A stretch of DNA of 64,000 bases, from positions 608,001 to 672,000 of the forward strand of contig CAVSGM010000001.1 in assembly GCA_963727485.1 (NCBI GenBank). The letters run 5' to 3'. This DNA is from an uncultured delta proteobacterium. Lineage in GTDB: Bacteria; Myxococcota; Myxococcia; SLRQ01. The position numbers were made by a program, and so were the translations under genes. Numbering within the stretch: the stretch's first letter is position 1; each line of letters opens with the position of its first letter. Below, in pieces: positions 7,248 through 16,164 of the stretch. A model generated the notes under the pieces. That model was not told the DNA's origin, searched no databases, and was given only the letters and a program-made list of their open reading frames with translations.

Positions 7248-10200
7248 CTACGGCGTCACGGTGAACGCCACCGGCGGGGACACCGCCTGGCTCGCCGGAG
7301 TGTAGTACGGATAGGCCACCGTCGCCGGGGCGCGCAGGTTCCCGGCCATCGTCGCCACCGCCGAGAACCGCAGGCTCCGGGTCTGACCGGCGGCCAGCCG
7401 CGTGAGGTAGAGCACCACGCCACTCTTGCCCTGCTCCCACCGGGAGATGAGGCGCTGGGCCACCAGGCTGTCGAGGGTCGAGGTCACCGGCTGCATGCCC
7501 GGCGCCAGGCCCACCTGCACCAGGACCTGGTCGAGGTTGCCGGTGTTGGCGTTGGCCACCGCGACGTCCACCAGGTCGGTGCCGCCGACGGCGAGCTGGG
7601 TCTGGCCATGGGTGACCGCCACGCCCACGCCCCCGGCGGTCTTCCCGCCGGCCCAGTCGAGGTGGTGCACCCCGGTGACCTGGTACATGAGCTTGCCGGT
7701 GCCCTGCATGGTGGCCGCGACCTGGTGCGCGCCGGTGGTGGCGAAGCTCGAGAGATCGAGGGTGCGCACCACGTCGCTGTCCTGCGGGGTCACGGTGATC
7801 GTCCCGGCGCTCTGGCCGTCGACGGTCACGGTGAGGGTGGCGTTCACGTCGGGCTTCCCGGCGCCGGTGACGCTCTCGGTGAAGGCCCGGAGCGCCTGCA
7901 CCGTGGACTGGGTCTGGCCCCAGACCCCCAGCGCGTTCTTGTGGGCCACCAGGTAGGCCAGCGCCCCGCCCGCGGCGTCGGGGTAGGCGCCGGCGCGGAT
8001 GAAGGCCTGGGCCGCCACCGCGGTGGTCTCGAGGCCGGCGCTGTCGCCGGTGGCGCCGGTCCACGAGTGGAGGTCCGGTGCCTTCCAGGTGTAACGGCCC
8101 TGGGCGTCGACGGTGGCCTCGCCGTCGAGGGTGGAGAGCGCCGCCGCGGCCTCGCTGCTCCCGGCCTCGGTCAGCGCCCGGGAGACGATGGCCAGGGTGA
8201 AGGGCGCCTGGATGCCCGCGCGCACCCTCGAGGCGAGGTACTGCTCGCCGTGGGCCACCACCGAGTCGTGGCCGCCGGCGACCGCGAGGGCCTCCACCGC
8301 GAAGGCGGTGACGATGGCGGGATCCTCGGAGAGGAACTCGTCGCCCATGTGGAGTGCGTCGCCCTTGGGCCACGAGCCGTCGGCCTGCTGCTGCGCGGCG
8401 AGCCAGTCGGCGTTCTTGGTGACGATGCCCTGGTCGATGTCGATGAGGCCGTCCATGTCGTGGAGGATCCGGATGCCCAGGGCGGTGAGGATCTTGTTGC
8501 CCGGGGTGTCGTCGCCCCACCAGTTGAACCCGCCCTGGGGGCTCTGGTAGCTGACCAGCAGCTCGTAGCCCGCCTGGATGTCGTCCAGGACCTGCTTGCG
8601 CATCTCGGCGGTGCCGCTCCCGGTGGCCTGGTAGTAGCGGGCCACCATCACGTCGGGCCAGGTGGAGCTGGTGGACTGCTCGAAGCAGCCGTGGGGCTGC
8701 TTGACCACCGCGTCGATGCCCTCCACCGTCTGCGCCATCACGCCGGGGTAGACCTTGAAGGCGAGGTGGTCGCTGCCGGGGATGGCGTCGGCGGGGAAGG
8801 TCACCGTGGTGCTCACCGTCCCCGGCTTCAGGGTGCCCGACTGGCCCTGGTCGACCTCCTGGCCCCCGGGCTGGACCAGCAGGGTCCGGGACACCGCGTC
8901 GTGGAGGCTCGCGCCGTCGGCGGCCACCGAGAAGGTGTGGGTGCCGACCCCGCTCGCCTGGACGGTGAAGGTGGTGCCCTTCACCTCGCCGGGCCCCAGG
9001 TCCACGGTCTGCGAGGGCGCCGAGACCAGGGTGTACCAGCTCGCCGGCTGGGCGGTGACCGTCACCGACTGGGGATCCTGCGTGTAGTTGTAGACGGCGA
9101 CGGGGACCTGGAGCTGGTCCCCGCGGGTGATGGCCGGGGGCAGGGTGACGTCCACGAAGAAGCGCTGGAAGACGTCGAGGTTCCCCGAGCCGTCGCCGAC
9201 CCGGCCGTCGAGGGTGCTGGCGGTGGCGGCGACCTTCCAGTCGGTGATGCTGTCGGCGGCGGTGACCGGCACCGTGGCGTGCCCGCTGGGGTCGGTGATG
9301 ACCGCCGGCTGGAAGAGCAGGGTCTCGGGGAAGTAGCTGCGCACGTGCATCGCCGGGGTCGCCGGCGCGGGACCGTTGGTGCCCGGAGCCGCGGCCCCCG
9401 TATCGGCGGTGCCCCCGGCGGCGCCGCCCATGGCCGGGGCGCCGAAGCCGCCCCAGATGCCGCCCTGGTCGTAGTACCCGCCGTCGGAGAGGAGCTGGTA
9501 GAGGTCCAGGTCGGTGGAGAGGTCGTCGCCGGTGCCGCGCACCTCGTCGGGCCCCGCGGACACCAGGTGCACCGAGAACCGGGTCTGATCCGCCGAGGCC
9601 GTCAGCGGCTGGCCGAAGGCGTCGCCCATGCCCCGGGCCGCCTGGATGACCACGCTCGGCGCGTTCTGGGCGGTGAGGCTGCCCGCCTTCACCTCGCTGA
9701 CCATCACCGCACGCAGGGCCGCCACGTCCCGGTCGAAGGCCGGCTGCACCTGGTCCTTCAGCTTGGGCAGGGCGTCGCGCCAGGAGTCGCCGTCGATGCC
9801 CCAGGCCGGGTGCGGCCCGGCGGCGGCGAAGAGGAAGCGCGCGGCGGCCTGGCGGTCGGCGCCGCTGCCGCCGAGGATCTCGCGCGCCGCGTGCCCGGCG
9901 ACCGGGGCGGGCACCTCGCCGGCGAAGGCGAGGTCGGCGGCGTCGTGGCCCGGGGCGCCGGCGCCGAGGGCGAAGACCGCGGGGTCGACGACGGACACGC
10001 CCACCGCGGCGGGGACGCCCTGGCCGGAGGCGTCGTCCACCTGGATGTCGAGGGCCCCGGACTGCCCGGGAGCCAGGGTCGAAGGGGCGCTCACCTTCAC
10101 CGCGAGCTGCCGGTGGGCGTCGACGAAGATCGTCCGGGAGGCGTGCAGCACCCGGCCCGCCGACGAGGCAGCCGACGCCTCGACGACGAGCGCCCCGGAG

Positions 10201-11993
10201 AGGTCCGCGGGGATGGGGAGGTCGACGGTGGCGAGGCCGCTGTGGAGCACCACGTCCCGGGTGCTCACCACCCGCCCGCCGCTGGCCACGTCGAGGGCCA
10301 GGTGCGAGGGCGCCCCGGGGGTGGCCTGGAGGTCGAGGTGCGCGGTGTCACCGGCGGCGTAGACCGTGTGATCCGCGGAGAGGGACAGGCCGGTGCGGGC
10401 GCCGGCGGTGAGGGTGAGATGGGTCGTGCCCGTCCGCCCATCGGGGGCGGTGGCCTTCAGGTCGAGGTCCTTCGCCCCCAGGGTCCCGATGAAGGGGATG
10501 GCGCCGAGGCCCGAGGCGCCGACCTTCACCGTCCCCAGGCCGAGGGCGGTCACCGTCGCCGCCACCGGGTGGCCGGTGGGGTCGCTCACCGCCACCAGCA
10601 CCTGCGCCGGCAGCCCCACCACCCCGGTCCCGTCGGTCACCGCGGACACCAGCAGGTCGCCGCTCGCCACCGGGAGGGTTCTCTGGGCGTCGACCTCCTG
10701 GCTGGCGGTGTCGGTGACCTTGGCGGCCACCGTGACCTGGTCCTGGGCCCCGCCCGCGGCGAGGCTCGGGGGGAGGCCGAAGGTGAAGTCGAGGCTGCCG
10801 CCGGTGAGGGTGCCGGTGGTGGTCGCCAGGGCGTTGCCGTCGACGTCGGCCTCCACGGTCACCTGGCCGGCGACCTCGCGGCCGAAGAAGTACTGGGCGT
10901 GGACGGTGCCGGTGACGGTGTCGCCGGGCGCGTAGTGGTCCTTCCCGGTGGTGAGCTTCACCTGGAACTTGGGGAGGCTGTAGCGGGCGACGGTCACCTG
11001 CCGCACGGCGCTGCCCCCCTCGGCGCCCACCTTCACCCGCCAGGCGCCGAAGTTCACCTGGGAGGCGAGCGGCAGGCGGGTGGCGGCGATGCCGTAGTCG
11101 TCGGCCTTCACCACCTGGTGGAAGACCTTGTTGCCCTTGGCGTCGATGGCCTCGAAGGTCACGTCGGCGCCCGCGGCCGGGGCGTGGTCGATGCGCGAGA
11201 GGCACAGGGCCCGCAGGTGCATGGTCTGGCCCGGCTGGTAGCGCGGCTTGTCGGTGGTGAGGAGCACCGCCTCGGCGTGGGTCACCTTCGCGTCCCGGGT
11301 GAGGTCCGCGGTGAGGCCGCCGGCGGTGGCGGTGGCAAAGAGGGTGCCGGCGGAGGGATTGGCGGGGGCCGCGAGGGGGATGACGACGCTCCCGTCGGCG
11401 GCGGTGGTGCCCTGGCCGAGGGCGACGGCGGTGCCGTCGGTGGGGGTGTAGCGCACCTCCACCGTGGCGCCTTCCAGGGGCGCGCCGGTGGCGGGGTCGC
11501 GCACGAACGCCCGGGCGTAGGTCGACGCACCGGCGGGGAGCTCCGCCGGGGCCAGGAGCTCGAGGTCGGCGCGGGGGAGGGTGACGTAGAGGTCGCGGGC
11601 GCCGTGGATGCGCCCGGCGGCGGTCGAGACCTCGTAGCGCACCAGGTAGCGGCCGAGGGCGGCGCCGGTGATCGAAGGGTCGAGGCCGGGGACCCGGAGC
11701 GCCACCGTGCGCGTCTCGTGATCGAGGTCGAGGTCCACCGACCGGCTGCCCACCGGGGCGTCCTGCTTCCCGGCGAGGTCGACGAGGGTGAGGGTGAGCC
11801 GCCCCTGGACGTGGGCGGTGGCGACGAGGGGCACCGAGAGGGTGGCGGCGCCATCGGCGACCTGGCTTCTCATCTGCGTCTCGTCGAAGGAGAGGCCCGG
11901 GATCCGGGTCACCTCCGGCGCCGGCAGGGAGCGGCCGCCGGTGCAGGCGGCGAGGACGGCGAGCAGGACGACCGGGACGAGACGGATGCGCAT
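7248..11993 (-). CDS. Alpha-2-macroglobulin family lipoprotein with intact thioester motif
   Basis: Lipobox LAA|C; TDKPRYQPG (MG2), RSYFPETL, DSITDW, thioester GCFEQ (8676-8687) and C-terminal YPYYTP. Confidence 0.93.
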   Translation of the reverse strand: MRIRLVPVVLLAVLAACTGGRSLPAPEVTRIPGLSFDETQMRSQVADGAATLSVPLVATAHVQGRLTLTLVDLAGKQDAPVGSRSVDLDLDHETRTVALRVPGLDPSITGAALGRYLVRYEVSTAAGRIHGARDLYVTLPRADLELLAPAELPAGASTYARAFVRDPATGAPLEGATVEVRYTPTDGTAVALGQGTTAADGSVVIPLAAPANPSAGTLFATATAGGLTADLTRDAKVTHAEAVLLTTDKPRYQPGQTMHLRALCLSRIDHAPAAGADVTFEAIDAKGNKVFHQVVKADDYGIAATRLPLASQVNFGAWRVKVGAEGGSAVRQVTVARYSLPKFQVKLTTGKDHYAPGDTVTGTVHAQYFFGREVAGQVTVEADVDGNALATTTGTLTGGSLDFTFGLPPSLAAGGAQDQVTVAAKVTDTASQEVDAQRTLPVASGDLLVSAVTDGTGVVGLPAQVLVAVSDPTGHPVAATVTALGLGTVKVGASGLGAIPFIGTLGAKDLDLKATAPDGRTGTTHLTLTAGARTGLSLSADHTVYAAGDTAHLDLQATPGAPSHLALDVASGGRVVSTRDVVLHSGLATVDLPIPADLSGALVVEASAASSAGRVLHASRTIFVDAHRQLAVKVSAPSTLAPGQSGALDIQVDDASGQGVPAAVGVSVVDPAVFALGAGAPGHDAADLAFAGEVPAPVAGHAAREILGGSGADRQAAARFLFAAAGPHPAWGIDGDSWRDALPKLKDQVQPAFDRDVAALRAVMVSEVKAGSLTAQNAPSVVIQAARGMGDAFGQPLTASADQTRFSVHLVSAGPDEVRGTGDDLSTDLDLYQLLSDGGYYDQGGIWGGFGAPAMGGAAGGTADTGAAAPGTNGPAPATPAMHVRSYFPETLLFQPAVITDPSGHATVPVTAADSITDWKVAATASTLDGRVGDGSGNLDVFQRFFVDVTLPPAITRGDQLQVPVAVYNYTQDPQSVTVTAQPASWYTLVSAPSQTVDLGPGEVKGTTFTVQASGVGTHTFSVAADGASLHDAVSRTLLVQPGGQEVDQGQSGTLKPGTVSTTVTFPADAIPGSDHLAFKVYPGVMAQTVEGIDAVVKQPHGCFEQSTSSTWPDVMVARYYQATGSGTAEMRKQVLDDIQAGYELLVSYQSPQGGFNWWGDDTPGNKILTALGIRILHDMDGLIDIDQGIVTKNADWLAAQQQADGSWPKGDALHMGDEFLSEDPAIVTAFAVEALAVAGGHDSVVAHGEQYLASRVRAGIQAPFTLAIVSRALTEAGSSEAAAALSTLDGEATVDAQGRYTWKAPDLHSWTGATGDSAGLETTAVAAQAFIRAGAYPDAAGGALAYLVAHKNALGVWGQTQSTVQALRAFTESVTGAGKPDVNATLTVTVDGQSAGTITVTPQDSDVVRTLDLSSFATTGAHQVAATMQGTGKLMYQVTGVHHLDWAGGKTAGGVGVAVTHGQTQLAVGGTDLVDVAVANANTGNLDQVLVQVGLAPGMQPVTSTLDSLVAQRLISRWEQGKSGVVLYLTRLAAGQTRSLRFSAVATMAGNLRAPATVAYPYYTPASQAVSPPVAFTVTP

Positions 11994-12041
11994 GGTTCCC
12001 CTCCAGGGCGCCGGGACGTGGCGCCGCGAGGGGAGTGCATC

Positions 12042-12057
12042 AGCAAGCCATGTGCCA
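12042..12057 (-). promoter_or_regulatory. Sigma54 (-24/-12) promoter of the A2M gene
   Basis: Minus strand reads TGGCAC-ATGGC-TTGCT, a full match to TGGCAC-N5-TTGCW, 48 nt upstream of the ATG. Confidence 0.8.
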
Positions 12058-12214
12058 GCGGTTCCGGCGCGCGGGCATCCGAGGGATGTCGCGGCCTTGC
12101 GCTCGCCGGGCGCAGCGGGCGGCAACCGTCGTGGTCACGGATTCCTAGAGTGCTCACGGGAATCCCCGACAGTCGTGTCTTGCCTGGCGGGGTCGGCCCG
12201 GGACGCCGGGGCGC

Positions 12215-12623
12215 TCACCCGCGCGACTGGACGAGCTTCCACCCGTTGCCCGAGGGGTCGCGGAAGCTCGCGTCGACGCTGCCGTAGCGCTCCACCGGCG
12301 CCTGGGTGAACTCGACCCCGCGCTCGCGCATCGGCCGCGTAGGCCTTCTGGCAGTCGTCGACCACCATCACCAGCGGCGGCATGGCGCCCTTGGCCACCA
12401 GCGCCCGGAGGGTCCGGGCGGTGTCGGCGTCGACCATCGGCGACTCGGGGACGAAGAGGCCGAGCTGGAACGACGGCTGGTCCGGGTGCCGCACCGTGAG
12501 CCACCGGTAGTCGCCGTTCTTCACGTCGGTGTGGACCTGGAAGCCCACCTTCCCCACGTAGAACTCGAGGGCCTCGTCCTGGTCCTGCACGTAGATCCCC
12601 ACGACCTCGACACCCTGGCTCAT
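12215..12623 (-). CDS. VOC/glyoxalase-bleomycin resistance family protein (frameshift near 12335)
   Basis: VGIYVQDQDEALEFY...RWLTV; after the shift RGVEFTQAPVERYGSVDASFRDPSGNGWKLVQ. Confidence 0.88.
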
Positions 12624-12645
12624 GACGGCACTCCTCGTTCCCGGG

Positions 12646-13107
12646 CTACTTCTTCTTCCTGGAGAGGTTGAACGCGACGGCGGCCTGGACGAGCTCGGCG
12701 AACGCCGCCTCGTCGAGGGCGTCGCCCTCGTACAGGTCGATGGCGCGCCACTTCCCGCCGCCGAGGCCCGCGTTGAACAGGCCGTGGGGGTCGGGGAGCT
12801 GGGCGCCGTCGTTGAAGGTCAGCTTGACCTTGTCCTTGTGGGCGTTGGTCACGGCGAGGATGCCCTGGTGCGAGTAGACCGGGCTGCCCATCCACTTCCA
12901 CTCCTCGACGACGTCGGGGTCGGCGGCGTGGAAGAGCGCGCGGATGCGCGCGAGGAGCGCGCCGCGCCAGTCGTCGCGCTCGGCGAGGTAGGCGTCGATG
13001 CGCTCGGAAGCGGGGACGTCGTCGCCGGCGGCGGCCTTCTTGGGCCGGGCCTGGGTGGGCCGGGCCTTGGTGGCCTTCTTCTTCGTGCTCTTCTTCGTGG
13101 TGGGCAT
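12646..13107 (-). CDS. DUF1801 (YdeI/YdhG-like) protein
   Basis: IDAYLA...DWRG..LARIR...EEWKWMGSPVY...KLTFNDGAQLPDP.GLFN. Confidence 0.85.
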   Translation of the reverse strand: MPTTKKSTKKKATKARPTQARPKKAAAGDDVPASERIDAYLAERDDWRGALLARIRALFHAADPDVVEEWKWMGSPVYSHQGILAVTNAHKDKVKLTFNDGAQLPDPHGLFNAGLGGGKWRAIDLYEGDALDEAAFAELVQAAVAFNLSRKKK

Positions 13108-13118
13108 GGGGCTCCTCT

Positions 13119-13589
13119 TCAGCGCACGGCCTGCTTCACCAGCGCGACGATCGCGGCCTCCACCTGTGGCGTCAACGCCTGGAGCGCATAGGACGTCGGC
13201 CACAGGTCGCCGTCGTCGAGGTGGGCCTGGTCGCTGAAGCCGAGGGTCGCGTACCGGGTCTTGAACTTCTGCCCGCTCTGGAAGAAGCAGAGCACCTTGC
13301 CGTCCTTGGCGTACGCGGGCATCCCGTACCAGGTCCGCGGCTCGAGGGATGGTGCGGTGGCCCGTATCAGCGCGTGGAGCCGCGTGGCCAGGTCGCGATC
13401 GGGCTCGGACATCTCGGCGATCCTGGCGAGGACCTCCGCCTCCCCGCTGACCTGCTTGCCCTTGGCGCCGCGCGCCGCCTTCAGCTCCCGGGCGCGGTCC
13501 TTCATGGCCGCGCGCTCCTCGGCGCTGAACCCGTCGCCGGCGCCGTCCTTGCCGCTCGCGCGCCGGGTGGTCTTCTTCTTCGTGGCCAT
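13119..13589 (-). CDS. DUF1801 (YdhG-like) protein
   Basis: GFSAEERAAMKDRARE...PRTWYGMPAYAKDGKVLCFFQSGQKFKTRYATLGF. Confidence 0.85.
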   Translation of the reverse strand: MATKKKTTRRASGKDGAGDGFSAEERAAMKDRARELKAARGAKGKQVSGEAEVLARIAEMSEPDRDLATRLHALIRATAPSLEPRTWYGMPAYAKDGKVLCFFQSGQKFKTRYATLGFSDQAHLDDGDLWPTSYALQALTPQVEAAIVALVKQAVR

Positions 13590-13597
13590 GGTCTTCC

Positions 13598-14058
13598 TCA
13601 CGCAGGCGCCGGCGAGGCGACCGCGGGGTGCGGGCTCTGCCGGCGACGCCACAGTAGGTACGAGCCGGCCCAGAGCACCCCGGTGCCCACCGCCCAGCCC
13701 CAGGCCTGCGGGCCGTCGCCCACCACCAGGTGCGCGACGAGCGCCGAGGCGAGATCGATGGCGAAGCCGGCGTAGGCCCACTCCTTGAGCCGCGCCGGCA
13801 ACGGCGCCAGGAGCAGCACCACCCCGGCGAACTTCGCCCACGAGAGCTCCACCCGGAAGTAGTCGGGGAAGCCGAGGTGGGTGAACGCCGCGGCCACCTG
13901 GGGCAGGTGCAGCTGAGCGTAGCCGGTGAAGGTCATCTGCAGGCAGAAGACGCCGGTGACGATCCAGAAGGCGATGGCGAGGCCCCGCCCGGTCTTCGCT
14001 GACTCCGCCGGGGCGCGACCGGTGCCTGCGTGCGAGTCTGTTCGCTGGTCTGGCTCAT
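13598..14058 (-). CDS. DoxX-family membrane protein (probable start ATG 14058, early frameshift)
   Basis: FTHLGFPDYFRVELSWAK...RLKEWAYAGF; GGAGG RBS and ATGA overlap at 14055-14058. Confidence 0.8.
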
Positions 14059-14530
14059 GGGTCCTCCGTGTGGTCGGACCCGTTGGTATCGCGGCCTCCC
14101 GTCGCCGCTTCTCCGAAACTGCAATCCTCAGGTCCGGCCTGTTGGCGGCGCTGAGGAAGCAGGGGGGCACGTGCTCCAGCCGGTGGACGGCCGCCCGCTC
14201 GCGTACCCGTCGCTCCCCGGGGCTCTCGCCGGTGACGTCGCGGAAGGTCCGCCCGAAGGTGCCCAGGCTGCTCCACCCGGCCTGGAGGGCGACCTCGGTG
14301 ATCGACAGCTCGGTGTCCCGGAGCAGGGCGGCGGCCCGCTCGATGCGCCGGGTGAGGAGGTAGCGGTGCGGGGGCACCCCGAACGCCTCCTTGAACGACC
14401 GGGCGAAGTGGGCCTCGGAGACCCCGCTCACCCGGGCCAGCCGCGCCACCGGCCAGTCCTCGTGGGAGGCGGCGTCCATGTGGTCCTTGGCGCGCAGGAG
14501 GCGGCGGAGGAGCTCGGGGTCCTGGGGCAC
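14055..14530 (-). CDS. AraC-family transcriptional regulator (HTH domain only)
   Basis: RLLRAKDHMD...LARVSGVSEAHFARSFKEAFGVPPHRYL...GWSSLGTFGRTF; 3' end uncertain because of probable indels. Confidence 0.88.
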
Positions 14531-15058
14531 GGGCGGGATGATGCGTGGAGCCGGTGTCGTGGGCAAGGGCTGGCGGGCTGCCGCTCCAGACCCGTGTAAG
14601 GCTATCCGGCTGCCGAGGCGGCTTACGACCCGCCGCCCAACGACTACGCCTTCTCGAGGGATGAGCAGTTCCACGTGTATCGACTCCGGAACGAGCCGGC
14701 GGTCGCTGTCTTCCAGCGTAGGCACGAGAACATGATCCTTCCCTGCTCCACGGAGAGGCCTACGTCCGCACGCCGGGCGTCCGGTTCTGTCGCAAGGGCG
14801 CGGGTTGCCAGCTCTTCCTCGGCGCCACACGTGACTTGGAATCGCCCTTGCCGACTGCATGCGCGTCGCTGTGAGTCAACCGGCGCCTTCAGCGGCTGTC
14901 CGGGTGTGACGCTTACCGATGGTTCAAGCGCCACATGTGAGCTCCGGCTGGCCCTGCAAGGGCAATCGTTAAGTAAAGTACCCTAGTATACATGATGAAG
15001 TGGTGCTAGCCTCCAGAAGCCAGCCATGGGTTGTCATCGAAAACTCGGAGGCGAAGAC

Positions 15059-15616
15059 ATGCGTGGGAGCTGGGATTGGTCCGAGGAGCAGCTGCAGCGG
15101 GCGTTTGCGGAGGGACTGCAGGAGGCCAGTAATGTTGCCAAATGCTGGAACGAGAGACCCTGGACGGTCTGGACGCAACTTGCGTCAGCTGCGTTGGGTT
15201 CGGCCGCTGGTAAAGCGGCCAGCGACCGCGGGGGCATAGGCGATATCCAAGTTGCCTGGAAAGGGCATCCGGATGCTCACGGTCGCAGCGAGTACCTAAG
15301 CCTGGATGTCGCTGTCTACGACAATGACAACTGGAACTCTCTGTTCTTCGCTGCCGAACATGAGAACAACTACGATGCAGAGAAGATCGAGTACTGCGCT
15401 TGGAAGCTACTCCTGGTTGACTCGGAGATTCGGGTCCTGGTCGCCTACTTTGGTGTACACGGAGGCTACGCAGGTTTCGACGAACTCGTTGCAGGAGTTG
15501 ACTCGGTGCCGAAGTCCCACCCTGACAAGGCGCTTTACGTCGTGGCCGCGAACGCCAACGCCCACTTGGAGGATGGGGAGATGCCGGACTACAGCGTAAG
15601 AAAGCTGGCAAACTGA
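15059..15616 (+). CDS. Hypothetical protein, possible PD-(D/E)XK restriction-endonuclease-like fold
   Basis: GGAGG RBS; EYLSLDVAVYD...FAAEHEN (D...ExE variant); atypical AT-richer codon usage. Confidence 0.5.
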   Translation: MRGSWDWSEEQLQRAFAEGLQEASNVAKCWNERPWTVWTQLASAALGSAAGKAASDRGGIGDIQVAWKGHPDAHGRSEYLSLDVAVYDNDNWNSLFFAAEHENNYDAEKIEYCAWKLLLVDSEIRVLVAYFGVHGGYAGFDELVAGVDSVPKSHPDKALYVVAANANAHLEDGEMPDYSVRKLAN

Positions 15617-15626
15617 GGGGTGCAGG

Positions 15627-16076
15627 ATGGATGGTTCTTCAGTCGTGGAGATGAAGAAGCTCACGGAGGAGTTCTTCTTCCAACATTGGGCGGGCAACGA
15701 CCCTCCAGACTGGTCAGAACCTTGGGAGATGATAGGGCCTACTCCGAATCACCAACTCCAGGGCTGTTATGCAATCGCCACTCCATCCAACCGGGTGGTC
15801 TATGTTGGCGTGGCGGTTAGTCGTGGTGCAGGAATGTACCGGGGCTTTGGCCTCTCGAACCGCATCAATGCTCACACTCGTCGGCTTCCAAAGAAGTCGG
15901 GAGATCCTCCGCACATCTTCCGGTACCGGTTCATCGAGCGCTGGCAAGAGTGGGGCGCGGACCGCATCTACACCATCGGCTTTGAACGCAAGGTTGCCTA
16001 CCTGGCCGTTGCTTTGGAGGTGTTTCTGATCAACGGGCTCGTTGGATTGGCGAACTCCCAGCGGCCCGCGTCCTGA
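15627..16076 (+). CDS. GIY-YIG nuclease-like protein
   Basis: GCYAI...VYVG...LSNRINAH...LEVFLI...N reproduces the GIY/YIG/R/H/E/N order. Confidence 0.7.
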   Translation: MDGSSVVEMKKLTEEFFFQHWAGNDPPDWSEPWEMIGPTPNHQLQGCYAIATPSNRVVYVGVAVSRGAGMYRGFGLSNRINAHTRRLPKKSGDPPHIFRYRFIERWQEWGADRIYTIGFERKVAYLAVALEVFLINGLVGLANSQRPAS

Positions 16077-16164
16077 CTTAGTCCTCAGGCCGGCCGTGAG
16101 CCCGGTGGTCCACTCACCTCATGCGGTCCCCTGATGAGGCTGGGCGCCTACGCAGGGCCAGAGC

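Noticed and set aside
6985..7250. Integrative element or prophage at the ssrA 3' end
   Set aside because: No integrase next to ssrA and no convincing duplicate of its 3' end seen in the window; the nearest similar string (about 36878) is Pro-codon sequence
7608..12287. Long antisense ORFs (also 55465-58473, 60500-63139 and others)
   Set aside because: Shadow frames of real GC-rich genes with no domain motifs
13598..14860. AraC-DoxX fusion protein (420-aa ORF)
   Set aside because: A GGAGG RBS and ATGA stop/start overlap at 14055-14058 point to two genes; two indels can explain the joined frame in this error-rich assembly
14600..14990. Possible gene fragment (GYPAAEAAYDPPPNDYAFSRDEQFHVYRLRNE...) at the islet edge
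   Set aside because: No clear start, RBS or recognisable motif
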